Both the position numbers and the translations under genes were made by a program. The notes under the pieces are model-generated. The model saw only the letters and a program-made list of their open reading frames with translations. It ran no database searches and was not told where the DNA came from. DNA of 64,000 nt from an uncultured delta proteobacterium (GTDB lineage: Bacteria > Desulfobacterota > Desulfuromonadia > Desulfuromonadales > JACZKF01), in contig CAWFKQ010000005.1 in assembly GCA_963816395.1 (NCBI GenBank), positions 256,001-320,000 of the forward strand. Reading direction: 5' to 3'. Shown here piece by piece: positions 1 to 10,853 of this stretch. Positions within the stretch are counted from its first letter, which is position 1. Each line of letters opens with the position of its first letter.

Positions 1-561
<561 letters not shown>

Positions 562-582
562 AACGAAAACTGCAGCAAATTC

Positions 583-619
583 GAGAGGCGGTTTCCTGCA
601 GGGAGCCGCCTCTTTTTTT
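583..619 (+). terminator. Rho-independent terminator
   Basis: AGAGGCGGTTTCC-TGCA-GGGAGCCGCCTCT hairpin followed by a T-tract. Confidence 0.85.
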
Positions 620-1085
620 GTGTGGCACTCTGCTACCGGATTGCTGAAGATCTGCAACAGTTGCTGCGAAGAGGACTCAGAGCCCGCCCCTCTCCGTGGC
701 ACATCTAACCATGCGGAATCCTTGTTGCCAATAGAATTCTCAATTTTAATGAAAAGGGTTGGCCAAAGATTTGCAGATGGATAATTTCATTCTGCGGCGC
801 TGAGCTCAGAGCCATTTCTCATGTGACTGCGTTCCGGCATCCGGATGCCAGGGCGCCGTTCCCCCAGGATGAAGGAGAAATCCCTGGGTTCTCAACCTTG
901 TTCTGATACCACCTGCATTGCTAATCGGAAAAGGAGGACTTCCGAACCAAGCTTGGCATCATGCAGCAAATGAAAATTTGCTTACTTTTCCCATCTTTTT
1001 ACTGTAGGCACCGGGAATCGCCGCCTTTTATTCATTCACCTGGTGATAAGCAGTTTACGGCACCGCAACGAAAAGGAGAACGAAC

Positions 1086-3191
1086 TTGCGCCCATTAAAT
1101 GTAAAATCATACCTGCTCACCCTGTTAACCCTGGTCCTTCTGGCCGCCTGCAGCTCCGGCGGCAGCAACTCACCCGCTTCTGCCGACGGTGCGCCGCCGA
1201 CCCAGGGAAAAGCCGTCGATCCCTACATTGTCGGGGCTGTCTTTCAGGAAGTGACCGCGACGGGCAGCGTTCTCCAGGACGCCTCCTCCCCTTCCGATTC
1301 CCAAGGCAATTTTTCTTTTCCCCTCCCCCTGCACCCCGGCTCCATCGTCGAGATGAAGGTTAATGACCGGGGAACTCACAACGGCATCAGCTATCAGGGA
1401 TTGCTCAAAGCAAAAGTACCGGTTACCGGGAATCTTCTTGTCGTCTCCCCCCTGACCACGCTGTTGGCCAACGGCGCCACGGAACAGGAGGTGGTCTCTT
1501 TTCTGGGCCTTGCCGGCATGACTGGAATCACGACAGCCGATCTCCGCTCCGACCCCATGGCCGGCCTTGAGAACCTTCATTCGGGAGAGGTCACCGACAA
1601 CCAATTGCAGCTGCTTCAGGCTGCAATGGCTGTCAATGCCTTCATGCACATCATCAACAATTATGCAGCCGGCCCCATGGATTTGACCAATTCGACCAAT
1701 GCCCTGCTGATGACCGATCTGGTGGGGGCAGCCAAGAAAGCTTTAAACCAGGCTGAGTTCGAGCAGCTCGCCGCCGCCCTGGCGAGCGATCAGAGCACCG
1801 CCGGGCAGCCAATGCTTCTCGCCGATGCGATTCACATGGCCGCAGATGCCATGCAGACGATGGCCAGCCTGGCCGACAGCGGCACCATTCCCAGCACAGC
1901 CGCTATTATGATGTCGATCGACGGCACGTTAACAACAGCGGTCGAGACCACCCGCAACTACATGCTGGCGCGGCTGGGGATCCCGTCCCCTTCCCCGACT
2001 CCCGACGGCAGCGCGCTTTATGCCGACAACTGCGCCGCCTGCCACGGCGCCCTCGCCGGCAGTTCCAAGGCCGGCGCCACCGCCGCCCAGATCCAGGGCG
2101 CCATCGCCAGCGTCAGCGCCATGCAGTCCTTTGCCACCCTGAGCGCCGCCGAGGTCCAGGCCATCGCCGACGCCCTCGCCGGCACCACCACTCCCCCCGC
2201 CCCGGCCGTCGACGGCGCCGCCCTGTACACCAGCGACTGCGCCGCCTGCCACGGCGCCCTCGCCAGCAGCGCCAAGGCCGGCGCCACCGCCGCCCAGATC
2301 CAGGGCGCCATCGCCGGCGTCAGCGCCATGCAGTCCTTTGCCACCCTGAGCGCCGCCGAGGTCCAGGCCATCGCCGACGCCCTCGCCGGCACCACCACTC
2401 CCCCCGCCCCGGCCGTCGACGGCGCCGCCCTGTACACCAGCGACTGCGCCGCCTGCCACGGCGCCCTCGCCAGCAGCGCCAAGGCCGGCGCCACCGCCGC
2501 CCAGATCCAGGGCGCCATCGCCAGCGTCGGCGCCATGCAGTCCTTTGCCACCCTGAGCGCCGCCGAGGTCCAGGCCATCGCCGACGCCCTCGCCACTTCG
2601 ACTCCGCCCACCGACGGCGGCACTACGCCGGCCTGCGGCTCCTGTCACGGGCTTCCTCCCGATGGCACCAGCGTTCCCAATACGGCAGGCGCCCATTCTG
2701 CTCACCAAGCTTTAGCCGACGTGGGCACCAACTGCGATACCTGCCACAGCGACCATATCCATCAGAACGGCGCGGTGGAAATCGGCATCCTCGCCAGTTT
2801 CAATGCCAAGAGCGGCGCCGCTACCGACAGTCCTGACGGCACGGCCACCTGCGCCAACGTGAGTTGTCACGGCGGGCAGACAACTCCCTTCTGGGGGAGC
2901 GGATCGATCGATGTGAATACCCAGTGCGAGTCCTGCCATGCCTATGGCACGGCTCAATTCAACAGTTATTCATCCGGTCGGCACAGCCTGCACGTCGGCC
3001 AAAGGCATTTTGCCTGCACCGTTTGCCACGAAACGGGCAAACTGGCGGTGAATCACTTTACCAGTCTGGCAACCACCGATATGGAAGGGCCGGCGTCCGC
3101 CACCATCGGCGGCGGCGCTACCCGGGTCACCAGCTATACCCCGGCCACCCGTTCCTGCTCCCCCAGCTGCCACAGCAGGGAGACCTGGTAA
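1086..3191 (+). CDS. Lipoprotein multiheme c-type cytochrome (9 heme motifs): PgcA-like repeated monoheme domains plus a C-terminal CxxxxCH/CxxCH domain
   Basis: Lipobox LLAAC; 3x CAACH, then CGSCH, CDTCH, CANVSCH, CESCH, CTVCH, CSPSCH; AAGGAG RBS before a TTG start. Confidence 0.88.
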   Translation: MRPLNVKSYLLTLLTLVLLAACSSGGSNSPASADGAPPTQGKAVDPYIVGAVFQEVTATGSVLQDASSPSDSQGNFSFPLPLHPGSIVEMKVNDRGTHNGISYQGLLKAKVPVTGNLLVVSPLTTLLANGATEQEVVSFLGLAGMTGITTADLRSDPMAGLENLHSGEVTDNQLQLLQAAMAVNAFMHIINNYAAGPMDLTNSTNALLMTDLVGAAKKALNQAEFEQLAAALASDQSTAGQPMLLADAIHMAADAMQTMASLADSGTIPSTAAIMMSIDGTLTTAVETTRNYMLARLGIPSPSPTPDGSALYADNCAACHGALAGSSKAGATAAQIQGAIASVSAMQSFATLSAAEVQAIADALAGTTTPPAPAVDGAALYTSDCAACHGALASSAKAGATAAQIQGAIAGVSAMQSFATLSAAEVQAIADALAGTTTPPAPAVDGAALYTSDCAACHGALASSAKAGATAAQIQGAIASVGAMQSFATLSAAEVQAIADALATSTPPTDGGTTPACGSCHGLPPDGTSVPNTAGAHSAHQALADVGTNCDTCHSDHIHQNGAVEIGILASFNAKSGAATDSPDGTATCANVSCHGGQTTPFWGSGSIDVNTQCESCHAYGTAQFNSYSSGRHSLHVGQRHFACTVCHETGKLAVNHFTSLATTDMEGPASATIGGGATRVTSYTPATRSCSPSCHSRETW
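2004..2594 (+). repeat. Intragenic tandem repeat, about 3 x 207 bp (69 aa cytochrome domain)
   Basis: Units start at about 2004, 2211 and 2418 and are nearly identical at DNA level. Confidence 0.92.
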
Positions 3192-3225
3192 CTTCCTCGC
3201 GGAGAGATCGATTCTTCTCAGCTCG

Positions 3226-3264
3226 ACAGGCGGGGCGGACCCTTGCAGTCCGCCCCGCTTGTTT
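3226..3264 (+). terminator. Terminator-like hairpin after the cytochrome gene
   Basis: ACAGGCGGGGCGGAC-loop-GTCCGCCCCGCTTGT then TT. Confidence 0.7.
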
Positions 3265-3296
3265 CCATGCCGAAGCGCATGGTATATTCCGCAGCC

Positions 3297-3782
3297 ATGC
3301 AGGGAAACCCATTTCACATTGTGCTGATCGAGCCGGAGATCCCTCCCAATACCGGCAATATCGCCCGCCTGTGCGGCGCCACCGGCACCATTCTCCATCT
3401 CGTCGGCCGTCTCGGCTTCTCTCTCGAGGACCGCTACCTGCGGCGGGCCGGCCTCGATTACTGGCCGGCGGTGAACCTGCGGCGCTGGGAGACGCTGGAC
3501 GATCTGCAGCTAGCCTTTCCCAACGGCCGGTTCTGGTATTCATCCAAGAAAGCGGATCGGGTTTATACCGAGGCTGATTTTCGTGCCGGGGATTTTCTGG
3601 TCCTCGGCAAGGAGACCGAGGGGTTGCCGGAAGAACTCCTCGCCGCCCACCGCGAACAGACCATCCGCATCCCCATTTTCTCCCCGGTAGTGCGCAGTCT
3701 CAATCTCTCCACCGCCGCCGGCATCCTCCTTTACGAGGCGCTTCGGCAAACCGGCCGGCTCGACGGCAGGGCGCGCAAATGA
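3297..3782 (+). CDS. trmL: tRNA (cytidine(34)-2'-O)-methyltransferase
   Basis: SPOUT motifs IVLIEPEIPPNTGNIARLC, RRAGLDYW, RSLNLS. Confidence 0.92.
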   Translation: MQGNPFHIVLIEPEIPPNTGNIARLCGATGTILHLVGRLGFSLEDRYLRRAGLDYWPAVNLRRWETLDDLQLAFPNGRFWYSSKKADRVYTEADFRAGDFLVLGKETEGLPEELLAAHREQTIRIPIFSPVVRSLNLSTAAGILLYEALRQTGRLDGRARK

Positions 3783-3785
3783 AAG

Positions 3786-3811
3786 AGGCGCCCGGAAAGG
3801 GCGCCTGAAAA
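3786..3811. terminator. Hairpin between convergent trmL and hom
   Basis: AGGCGCCC-GGAAA-GGGCGCCT flanked by A-rich tracts. Confidence 0.6.
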
Positions 3812-3892
3812 ACCGTGAGATAGTCAGATCGTGAGCTCGGTAGAGAGAAAGGCAGCATCGACTAACTCGCTACCTCCCATTCATTCCTGGTT

Positions 3893-5209
3893 CTAGAGCA
3901 ATTCGCTTTCGATGCGGATAAACCGGCTCCCGTCGCGCACCACCTCCAGACCGTCGATTTCGGTCAGAGCGGTGCGGATGTCCGCCTCGCGCGCCTCATG
4001 GGTCATCAGGACGATGGGAACAGCGCCGCCGATCTGCCGCTCCGGCTGAATCATCGAGCTGATGCTGATGTCATGGCGGCCGAGGATGCCGGCAATCTGC
4101 GCCAGCACGCCTGGCTTATCGAATGCGGCAAAGCGCAGGTAATACTGGCTGACAATGTCGTTCATGGCCTTGATCGGCAAATCGCGGATCGCTTCGCGCC
4201 GATAGCCCATGGCCGGGGTACGGCCGGCAGCCCCTTTCGGCAGGTTGCGGGCGATCGCCATGACATCCCCCATAACCGCGCTGGCAGTCGGTTCCATACC
4301 CGCCCCGCGGCCATAAAGCATGACCGGCCCGACGAAATCCCCCACCAGACGAACGGCATTGAATACGCCATCGACGTCGGCCAAGGGATAATTCAAAGGG
4401 ATCATGGTCGGATGAACCCGCGCTTCAACTTCTCCCTCTGCCATTTTGCCGATGGCCAGGAGCTTGATTTTATAGCCGAACTGGCGGGCGAACTGGATGT
4501 CCAGGGCGGAAATCCCACCGATCCCCTCGGTGTGGATGTCTTCGAATTTCACCCGGGTACCGAAACAGAGGGCGATAAGAATGGCCAGTTTATGAGCGGT
4601 ATCGATACCCTCGATATCGAAGGTCGGATCGGCCTCGGCATATCCCTGGGCCTGGGCATCGCGTAAAACCTCGGCAAAACCATCCCCCTCGTTGGTCATG
4701 CGGGTTAGAATATAGTTGCAGGTGCCGTTGAGAATACCGAAAACGGTGCGGAAATTGTTGGCGCAGAGGTTTTCCTTGATGGCGGAGAGGACCGGAATCC
4801 CCCCTGCCACGGCTGCCTCGAAGAGAACGTCCACCCCTTGGCGGGCGGCGGCAGCAAAGATCTCCTCCCCATGCAGCGCGAGCAGAGCTTTGTTGGCGGT
4901 CACCACCTGCTTGCCATTCTCGATGGCACGCAAGACAAAGGAACGGGCTGGCTCATAACCGCCGATCAGTTCGATCACAACATCAATCGCGGGATCGTCG
5001 AGAATCTCCTCGGCCCGCGTCGTGAGAAGCCCGGAAGGAACGGCAATCCCCCGATCCCGGGTGATATCCAGATCGGCTATTTTCACCAGTTGCAGGCGGA
5101 CTCCGAGACGGTCGGCGATCACCTCGGCATTCTGCTGGAAGAGCTTGACCACGCCAACCCCGACGGTACCGAAACCGAGGAGCCCAACTCGGATTTCTTT
5201 CATATCCAT
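3893..5209 (-). CDS. hom: Homoserine dehydrogenase with ACT domain
   Basis: GLLGFGTVG, VVTANKA, GILNGTCNYIL, GYAEADPTFDIEG. Confidence 0.95.
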   Translation of the reverse strand: MDMKEIRVGLLGFGTVGVGVVKLFQQNAEVIADRLGVRLQLVKIADLDITRDRGIAVPSGLLTTRAEEILDDPAIDVVIELIGGYEPARSFVLRAIENGKQVVTANKALLALHGEEIFAAAARQGVDVLFEAAVAGGIPVLSAIKENLCANNFRTVFGILNGTCNYILTRMTNEGDGFAEVLRDAQAQGYAEADPTFDIEGIDTAHKLAILIALCFGTRVKFEDIHTEGIGGISALDIQFARQFGYKIKLLAIGKMAEGEVEARVHPTMIPLNYPLADVDGVFNAVRLVGDFVGPVMLYGRGAGMEPTASAVMGDVMAIARNLPKGAAGRTPAMGYRREAIRDLPIKAMNDIVSQYYLRFAAFDKPGVLAQIAGILGRHDISISSMIQPERQIGGAVPIVLMTHEAREADIRTALTEIDGLEVVRDGSRFIRIESELL

Positions 5210-5748
5210 CCTTCCCCATCAACTCGATTGAAAATTGTTAACCGCCGGCAGGATTGATGTTCGATCAGTTCGCCCGCAACCACTTCAGGTCCCCGTTCGC
5301 GAACCGCCGGCGAGAGCAGGCATTCGAACCCATCAGCTCCCTCTTCGGTCAGAATCCGGGCAACCAGTTTTTCCAATTCTTCGCTTCCCATGCCTTCGAG
5401 CGGCGCCAGGGAAATGGCGATGCGGGAGAAACCGGCCCGCCGGCAGGTAGCCAGGAGGTCGCGAATCAGTTCCTGGTAGCGCAATCGATCCAGATCGTGC
5501 TGCGAGCCGCCGCCCACGAAAAGCACCCAGTCCGCGGCCAATTTACCGTTATTTCGGGTAAGCACATGTTCCCCAGCCCTGCCGCCCGCCTCCCCGCGCA
5601 GCAGCAGCCCGGTCAGGAATCCATTGAGCCGCCAGTCGAGCAATGCCGCTGGCCCGTGGGCAGGGCGGTCGTCAGAAAAAAATAAGACCGCCACCGCCTC
5701 CCCCTCCATTCTGTCAGCGGGGAGATCGAGAACGCGCAACCGGCTCAT
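5200..5748 (-). CDS. Leucyl aminopeptidase (M17) N-terminal-domain-like protein
   Basis: FFSDDRP..GPAALLDWRLNG motif; overlaps both nusB and hom. Confidence 0.6.
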   Translation of the reverse strand: MSRLRVLDLPADRMEGEAVAVLFFSDDRPAHGPAALLDWRLNGFLTGLLLRGEAGGRAGEHVLTRNNGKLAADWVLFVGGGSQHDLDRLRYQELIRDLLATCRRAGFSRIAISLAPLEGMGSEELEKLVARILTEEGADGFECLLSPAVRERGPEVVAGELIEHQSCRRLTIFNRVDGEGWI

Positions 5749-6212
5749 GGCGTCGGTTGCCTGTGAAGGCGGGAAATCTTGTCCAGAATGCCGTTGACGA
5801 AAGCCGGCGTTTCCCTGGTCCCGTAACGTTTGCCGATTTCGATCGCTTCATTGATGATTACGCTGGCGGGGACTTCCGGATTGTGCAGAAGTTCGAAAGA
5901 GGCCAGCCGCAGGATCGAGAGGTCGACCCGGGCCATGCGCTCAAGAGCCCAGTTGGTTGACAGCTCACCGATTATCGCGTCCAGTTCCTCCCGATGTGTC
6001 GCCACCCCCCGCGCCAGTTCCTCGGCGAAGCGGCGGATCTCGAAAGGGACTTGGCCGATGACTTCCTCCAGAGGCTCACCCAGGATGTCGTCATGAAAAT
6101 GAAAGTTTGTCCAGAAATCCTGCAGGACCGGCTCAACGCTGGTTTCCTGGTCCTGCAGACTGTAAATGATCTTAAGGGCCAATTCCCGCCCCGTGCGCCT
6201 GGCACCTTTCAT
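5745..6212 (-). CDS. nusB: Transcription antitermination factor NusB
   Basis: RRTGRELAL, NWALERM, VIINEAIEIGKRYG, FVNGILD. Confidence 0.95.
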   Translation of the reverse strand: MKGARRTGRELALKIIYSLQDQETSVEPVLQDFWTNFHFHDDILGEPLEEVIGQVPFEIRRFAEELARGVATHREELDAIIGELSTNWALERMARVDLSILRLASFELLHNPEVPASVIINEAIEIGKRYGTRETPAFVNGILDKISRLHRQPTP

Positions 6213-6216
6213 CGCT

Positions 6217-6681
6217 TCAGAAATTCTTCAAAAGGTTGACCATTTCGACAGCACTCAGTGCCGCGTCCGCCCCCTTGTTGCCGGCCTTGCTGCCAGCCCT
6301 TTCGATCGCCTGCTCGAGATTGTCGGTGGTAAGCACGCCGAAGGAGACGGGGACTTCCGCGTCCAGGCTGACCGTAGCGATTCCTTTGGAGACTTCGGCC
6401 GCGACGTAGTCGAAATGGGGAGTGGAGCCACGAATGACCGCGCCCAGGCAGATAACCGCATCGTAACGTCCGGAAGCCACCATTTTTTTGGCTGCCAGGG
6501 GAATTTCGAAAGCTCCCGGAACACGCAGGACCTCAATGGCTTCCGGTGCCGCCCCATGCCGCACCAGGGCATCGAGAGCCCCCTCCAGCAGCCGCTCGCT
6601 GATAAAGCTGTTGAACCGGCTGATGGCAATGCCAAAGTTCAGCCCCGAAGCGTCGAGCTTTCCTTCAAAGTATTTAGTCAT
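6217..6681 (-). CDS. ribH: 6,7-dimethyl-8-ribityllumazine synthase
   Basis: [29 protein letters not shown]; start MTKYFEG after a GAGG RBS. Confidence 0.95.
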   Translation of the reverse strand: MTKYFEGKLDASGLNFGIAISRFNSFISERLLEGALDALVRHGAAPEAIEVLRVPGAFEIPLAAKKMVASGRYDAVICLGAVIRGSTPHFDYVAAEVSKGIATVSLDAEVPVSFGVLTTDNLEQAIERAGSKAGNKGADAALSAVEMVNLLKNF

Positions 6682-6698
6682 CCTCAACTCCATCCCAT

Positions 6699-6816
6699 GC
6701 TGATGAAAAACGCCCATCTGCGGCGTTGCCCTCATCCTTCGTCAACGACGTACCCTCCAGGTACGCCTTATTCCTCAGGATTTCAGGCGCCTTGCATCTG
6801 GCCATTTTTGCTCAGC
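6699..6816. repeat. Palindromic intergenic element (MITE/REP-like) between ribBA and ribH
   Basis: Imperfect terminal inverted repeat GCTGATGAAAAA / TTTTTGCTCAGC and central CGTACC-CTCCA-GGTACG hairpin. Confidence 0.55.
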
Positions 6817-6844
6817 CTGAAAACCCGAGTATTTCAATGCCCTA

Positions 6845-8050
6845 CTACAGATTTTCCAATAGATGTCCCAACTTTTCCCGTTTTGTTTTCAGATACTTGA
6901 GATTGGTCCCGGTAGAGGCTACCTGGAGCGGGACGCGCTCGACGATTTCCAGTCCATACCCCTCCAGGCCGACGATCTTTCGCGGATTATTGGTCATCAG
7001 GCGAATCTTGCGGATGCCCAGTTCGGCAAGGATCTGGGCGCCGATTCCGTAATCGCGCAGGTCGGCCTTGAACCCGAGGAGTTCGTTGGCTTCGACCGTG
7101 TCATGGCCCTGGTCCTGCAGGGCATAAGCCTTGAGCTTGTTGATCAGGCCGATTCCCCGTCCCTCCTGGCGCATATAGAGGATGACTCCACAACCTTCTG
7201 CGGATACCTGGGCCATGGCCGCCTGCAGCTGGTCGCCACAATCGCAGCGCTGGGAACCAAACACGTCGCCGGTCAGACATTCGGAATGAACCCGCACCAG
7301 GATGGGTTTATCCGGGTCGATCTGGCCCTTGACCAGTGCCAGGTGCTGGGCGTTGTCAACGTCATTTTCGTAGGCGATGGCCATGAATTCGCCGCCGTAG
7401 GGGGTCGGCAGGATAGTTTCCGCGGCCCGGCGCACCAGCAGTTCTTTGCGCATCCGATAAGCGACCAGATCGGCGACGGTAACGATCTTCAGCCCGTGGC
7501 GGGCAGCGAATTCCTGCAGCTGCGGCAGACGGGACATGGTGCCGTCGGCATTCATTATTTCACAGATCACTCCGGCCGGTTTCAAACCGGCCAGCCGGGC
7601 GAGATCGACCGAACCCTCGGTCTGCCCGGCGCGCACCAGCACGCCGCCGCGCTTGGCGCGCAACGGGAATACGTGGCCGGGGCGGGCAAGATCCTTGGCC
7701 GTCGTTTCCTCGGCAATCGCTACCTGGATGGTGCGGGCGCGGTCGGCCGCCGAAATGCCGGTGGTTACTCCCCGTCGGGCTTCGATGGAAACGGTGAAAG
7801 CGGTACCGAAGGAAGAGGTGTTCTCCCGGACCATCAGCGGCAAATCGAGAAAATCGGCCCTCTCCTCGGTCAGCGAAAGGCAGATCAGTCCGCGCCCTTC
7901 GCGGGCCATGAAATTAATGGCCTCGGGGGTGACCATCTCGGCCGCCATGGTCAGATCCCCCTCGTTCTCCCGGTCCTCATCATCGACCAGGATGACCATC
8001 TTTCCCTGGCGGATATCTTCAAGTGCGGCTTCAATTCTGGCAATCGGCAT
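6845..8050 (-). CDS. ribBA: Bifunctional DHBP synthase / GTP cyclohydrolase II
   Basis: [37 protein letters not shown]. Confidence 0.96.
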   Translation of the reverse strand: MPIARIEAALEDIRQGKMVILVDDEDRENEGDLTMAAEMVTPEAINFMAREGRGLICLSLTEERADFLDLPLMVRENTSSFGTAFTVSIEARRGVTTGISAADRARTIQVAIAEETTAKDLARPGHVFPLRAKRGGVLVRAGQTEGSVDLARLAGLKPAGVICEIMNADGTMSRLPQLQEFAARHGLKIVTVADLVAYRMRKELLVRRAAETILPTPYGGEFMAIAYENDVDNAQHLALVKGQIDPDKPILVRVHSECLTGDVFGSQRCDCGDQLQAAMAQVSAEGCGVILYMRQEGRGIGLINKLKAYALQDQGHDTVEANELLGFKADLRDYGIGAQILAELGIRKIRLMTNNPRKIVGLEGYGLEIVERVPLQVASTGTNLKYLKTKREKLGHLLENL

Positions 8051-8082
8051 GCCCTGGACTCCTTGGTGGACTTAGAACTATG

Positions 8083-8734
8083 TCACAGAAACCCATGCTT
8101 GGCAAGAAATTGCAGGTCGAGTGGAGCACCGCCGTTCTCTCCCTTATCGGGTCGCAGAAGGCGATCGACATACTTGCCAATCAGGTCAGTTTCAATATTC
8201 ACCCGGCTTCCCACCTGGAGGTTTCGGAGGGTGGTCACCTGCAGTGTGTGAGGGATAACGGCAACAGAGAAGGTATCGGCAGTAACGACATTGACCGTCA
8301 GACTGATGCCGTCGATCGCCACCGAGCCTTTTTCCACAAGTAGACGGTTGACCGCCGGATCGAGGCGAAAGGCAAAACGCATCGCATTGCCGTCACGGAC
8401 CCGTTCAAGGACCCTGGCCACCGCATCGACATGACCGGTGACCAGGTGACCGCCGAGACGGTCGGAGAGACGCAGCGCCCGCTCCAGGTTGACCGGCGAA
8501 CCTGGCCCCAGGTCCCCCAGAGTACTTCGCTGCAGGGTCTCCGGAGAAACCTCGGCGCTGAACAGCCCCTCGCCACAGGCAATTGCGGTCAGGCAGGCAC
8601 CGTTTACAGCGATGCTGTCGCCGATGGCCAGTTCTTTCGTGGGCAGGGCAGTGGCCACGGTCAACCTGGACGCTGTCGGCACTTTTTCGCCAATCGCGGA
8701 TGGTCCCGAGATCCTCGATCAGGCCGGTGAACAT
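8083..8734 (-). CDS. ribE: Riboflavin synthase alpha chain (apparent frameshift near 8670)
   Basis: MFTGLIE N-terminus lies in a different frame from GDSIAVNGACLT, GGHLVTGHVD, KGSVAIDGISLTV. Confidence 0.9.
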
Positions 8735-9830
8735 CGCTGGACCTCTCCTTCGATGAGAGTATCGTCGCCGCAGCGGCATGACCCGGACCTGCTCAAGGCG
8801 AAAGGCTTCCGTCAGTCGCGCCACTCCCGGCCCGGCAAACAGCCCCGGCCCCTCGACTGCCGCCGAGCAGCAGAGGAGCGATGAAGATCGCCACCCGGTC
8901 GACCACCCCAGCCTGCAGGGCGGCGGCATTGAGCCGGCTTCCCCCCTCGAGCAGAATGCTTTGCACACCCAGTTCCCCCAACTTCCGCAGCAGCTCGGTC
9001 AATTCGATCCGCCCTTCCTGTTCCGTCGCCGTCAGTACCCGCACGCCGCGTGCCGTCAGGCGTTCGATCTTCTCCGGCGATGCGCGCCGGGTGGTGGCAA
9101 TCAGGGTCGGCGCTGACGAATCCGGTGTGAGAACCGCCGCCGCCTCCGGGATTCGCAGATCAGCATCGACGACGATCCGCATGGCGTCCCGGCCGCCGCC
9201 CGGCAGACGGGTGGTCAGCCGCGGATCATCGTGCAAAACTGTGCCGATCCCCACCATCACCGCATCGACGGTATCGCGCAGGCGGTGTACGGCCAGCCGG
9301 CTCTCCTCTCCGGAGATCCATTGCGAATCACCGGTAGTGGTGGCTGTGCGCCCGTCCAGGGTGATTGCTGCCTTGAGAATGAGGTAGGGCAGTCCGGTAG
9401 TAATGTGTTTGGCGAAGGGAGCGATAAGGCGGCGGCATTCCCCTTCCAGCACCCCCACGGTAACCGTCACCCCGGCCGCCCGCAAAGCGGCAATGCCATT
9501 TCCCGCCACCCGCGGGTTGGGATCGGTTGTTCCGACAAAGACGCGGGAGATCCCGGCGGCCAGCACCGCCGTAACGCAAGGGCCGGTTTTCCCCTGATGG
9601 CAGCACGGCTCCAGGGTTACATAGAGATCGGCGCCAGCGGCCGCCCCTCCCGCCTGGCGCAAGGCGAAAATCTCCGCGTGCGGCTCACCGGCCCGTGGGT
9701 GAAAGCCCTCGCCAATGATTTCTCCTGCGCGAACCACCACGGCCCCAACTGCCGGGTTGGGTCCGGTGCGCCCCTCTCCCCGGCGCCCCAGCTCGAGGGC
9801 GCGCTGCATGAATTGTTCGTGATCCGTCAT
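8731..9830 (-). CDS. ribD: Riboflavin biosynthesis deaminase/reductase (apparent frameshifts near C-terminus)
   Basis: HAE, TLEPCCH, DAVMVGIGTV, LEGG; C-terminus continues in another frame (GPGLFAGPGVARL). Confidence 0.92.
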
Positions 9831-9902
9831 GAAATCAGAGAAAAGCAGGCGGAACATTTGTGGATAACCGGGGGGTTGGTTTTCGCCCCCTGGGTTATTC
9901 CC

Positions 9903-10379
9903 CTATTTCGCGCCTTCCCTTTCTTCTCCCTTGGCGAGAAGATCTTTGAGCTCCGCCATGAATTCGTTGATGTCCTTGAACTGCCGATAGACCGACGCGA
10001 AGCGCACGTAGGCGACCTCATCAACGCCGTGCAGCGCCTCCATAACGGCTCTTCCGATGCGGCTGGAGCCGATTTCCTTCTCTCCACTTTCCTGCAGCGA
10101 CAACTCCAGCCGGTCAACAACCTTCTCGATGGTCGCGATGGAAACGGGCCGCTTCTCGCAGGCGCGCTGCATGCCGGCAATAATTTTCAAGCGGTCGAAG
10201 GTCTCGCGGCGCCCGTCCTTTTTCACCACCAGGGGATGGATTTCCTCGACCCGTTCATAGGTGGTGAAGCGCCGTCCGCAGTCGATGCATTCGCGCCGGC
10301 GCCGGATATTGTTCCCTTCCTTGCCGAGGCGCGAATCGATAACTTTGGTATCGGAGAAGTCACAGAAAGGGCATTTCAT
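9903..10379 (-). CDS. nrdR: Transcriptional repressor NrdR
   Basis: [39 protein letters not shown]. Confidence 0.96.
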   Translation of the reverse strand: MKCPFCDFSDTKVIDSRLGKEGNNIRRRRECIDCGRRFTTYERVEEIHPLVVKKDGRRETFDRLKIIAGMQRACEKRPVSIATIEKVVDRLELSLQESGEKEIGSSRIGRAVMEALHGVDEVAYVRFASVYRQFKDINEFMAELKDLLAKGEEREGAK

Positions 10380-10852
10380 GGCGCACCTCCGGACTTTCCG
10401 GCCGCCGGCCATTCGCAAAGAGCCACCTCGATCCCGGCCTCCTGCAGCATCTCCAGGGAGAGCGTATCGGGGTAGCCCTCCAGGTAAACGATCCGTTCCA
10501 CCCCGGCATTGATGATCATCTTGGTGCAGATAAGGCAGGGGGAATGGGTGCTGAAGAGCGTAGCGCCGCCGATGTTCACGCCATGCTTGGCCGCCTGGAT
10601 GATGGCGTTCTGTTCGGCGTGCAGCCCGCGGCACAGCTCGTGCCGCTCACCCGAAGGGATGCCGAGTTTCTGCCGCAGGCAGCCGACCTCGGAGCAATGG
10701 GCGATTCCCGAAGGGGTACCGTTGTAGCCGGTGGCGAGAATGTTTTTCTCCTTCACCACCACCGCTCCGACCTGCCGGCGCAGGCAGGTGGAGCGCCTGG
10801 CCACCAGGCGGGCGATCTCCATGAAATATTCTTCCCAGGACGGGCGGTTCAT
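10376..10852 (-). CDS. dCMP deaminase family protein (ComEB-like)
   Basis: [27 protein letters not shown]. Confidence 0.9.
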   Translation of the reverse strand: MNRPSWEEYFMEIARLVARRSTCLRRQVGAVVVKEKNILATGYNGTPSGIAHCSEVGCLRQKLGIPSGERHELCRGLHAEQNAIIQAAKHGVNIGGATLFSTHSPCLICTKMIINAGVERIVYLEGYPDTLSLEMLQEAGIEVALCEWPAAGKSGGAP

Positions 10853-10853
10853 C

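Noticed and set aside
620..1085. GEMM (c-di-GMP/cGAMP) riboswitch or sigma54 promoter upstream of the PgcA-like gene
   Set aside because: No GEMM core recognisable, and the TGGCA elements lack correct -24/-12 spacing.
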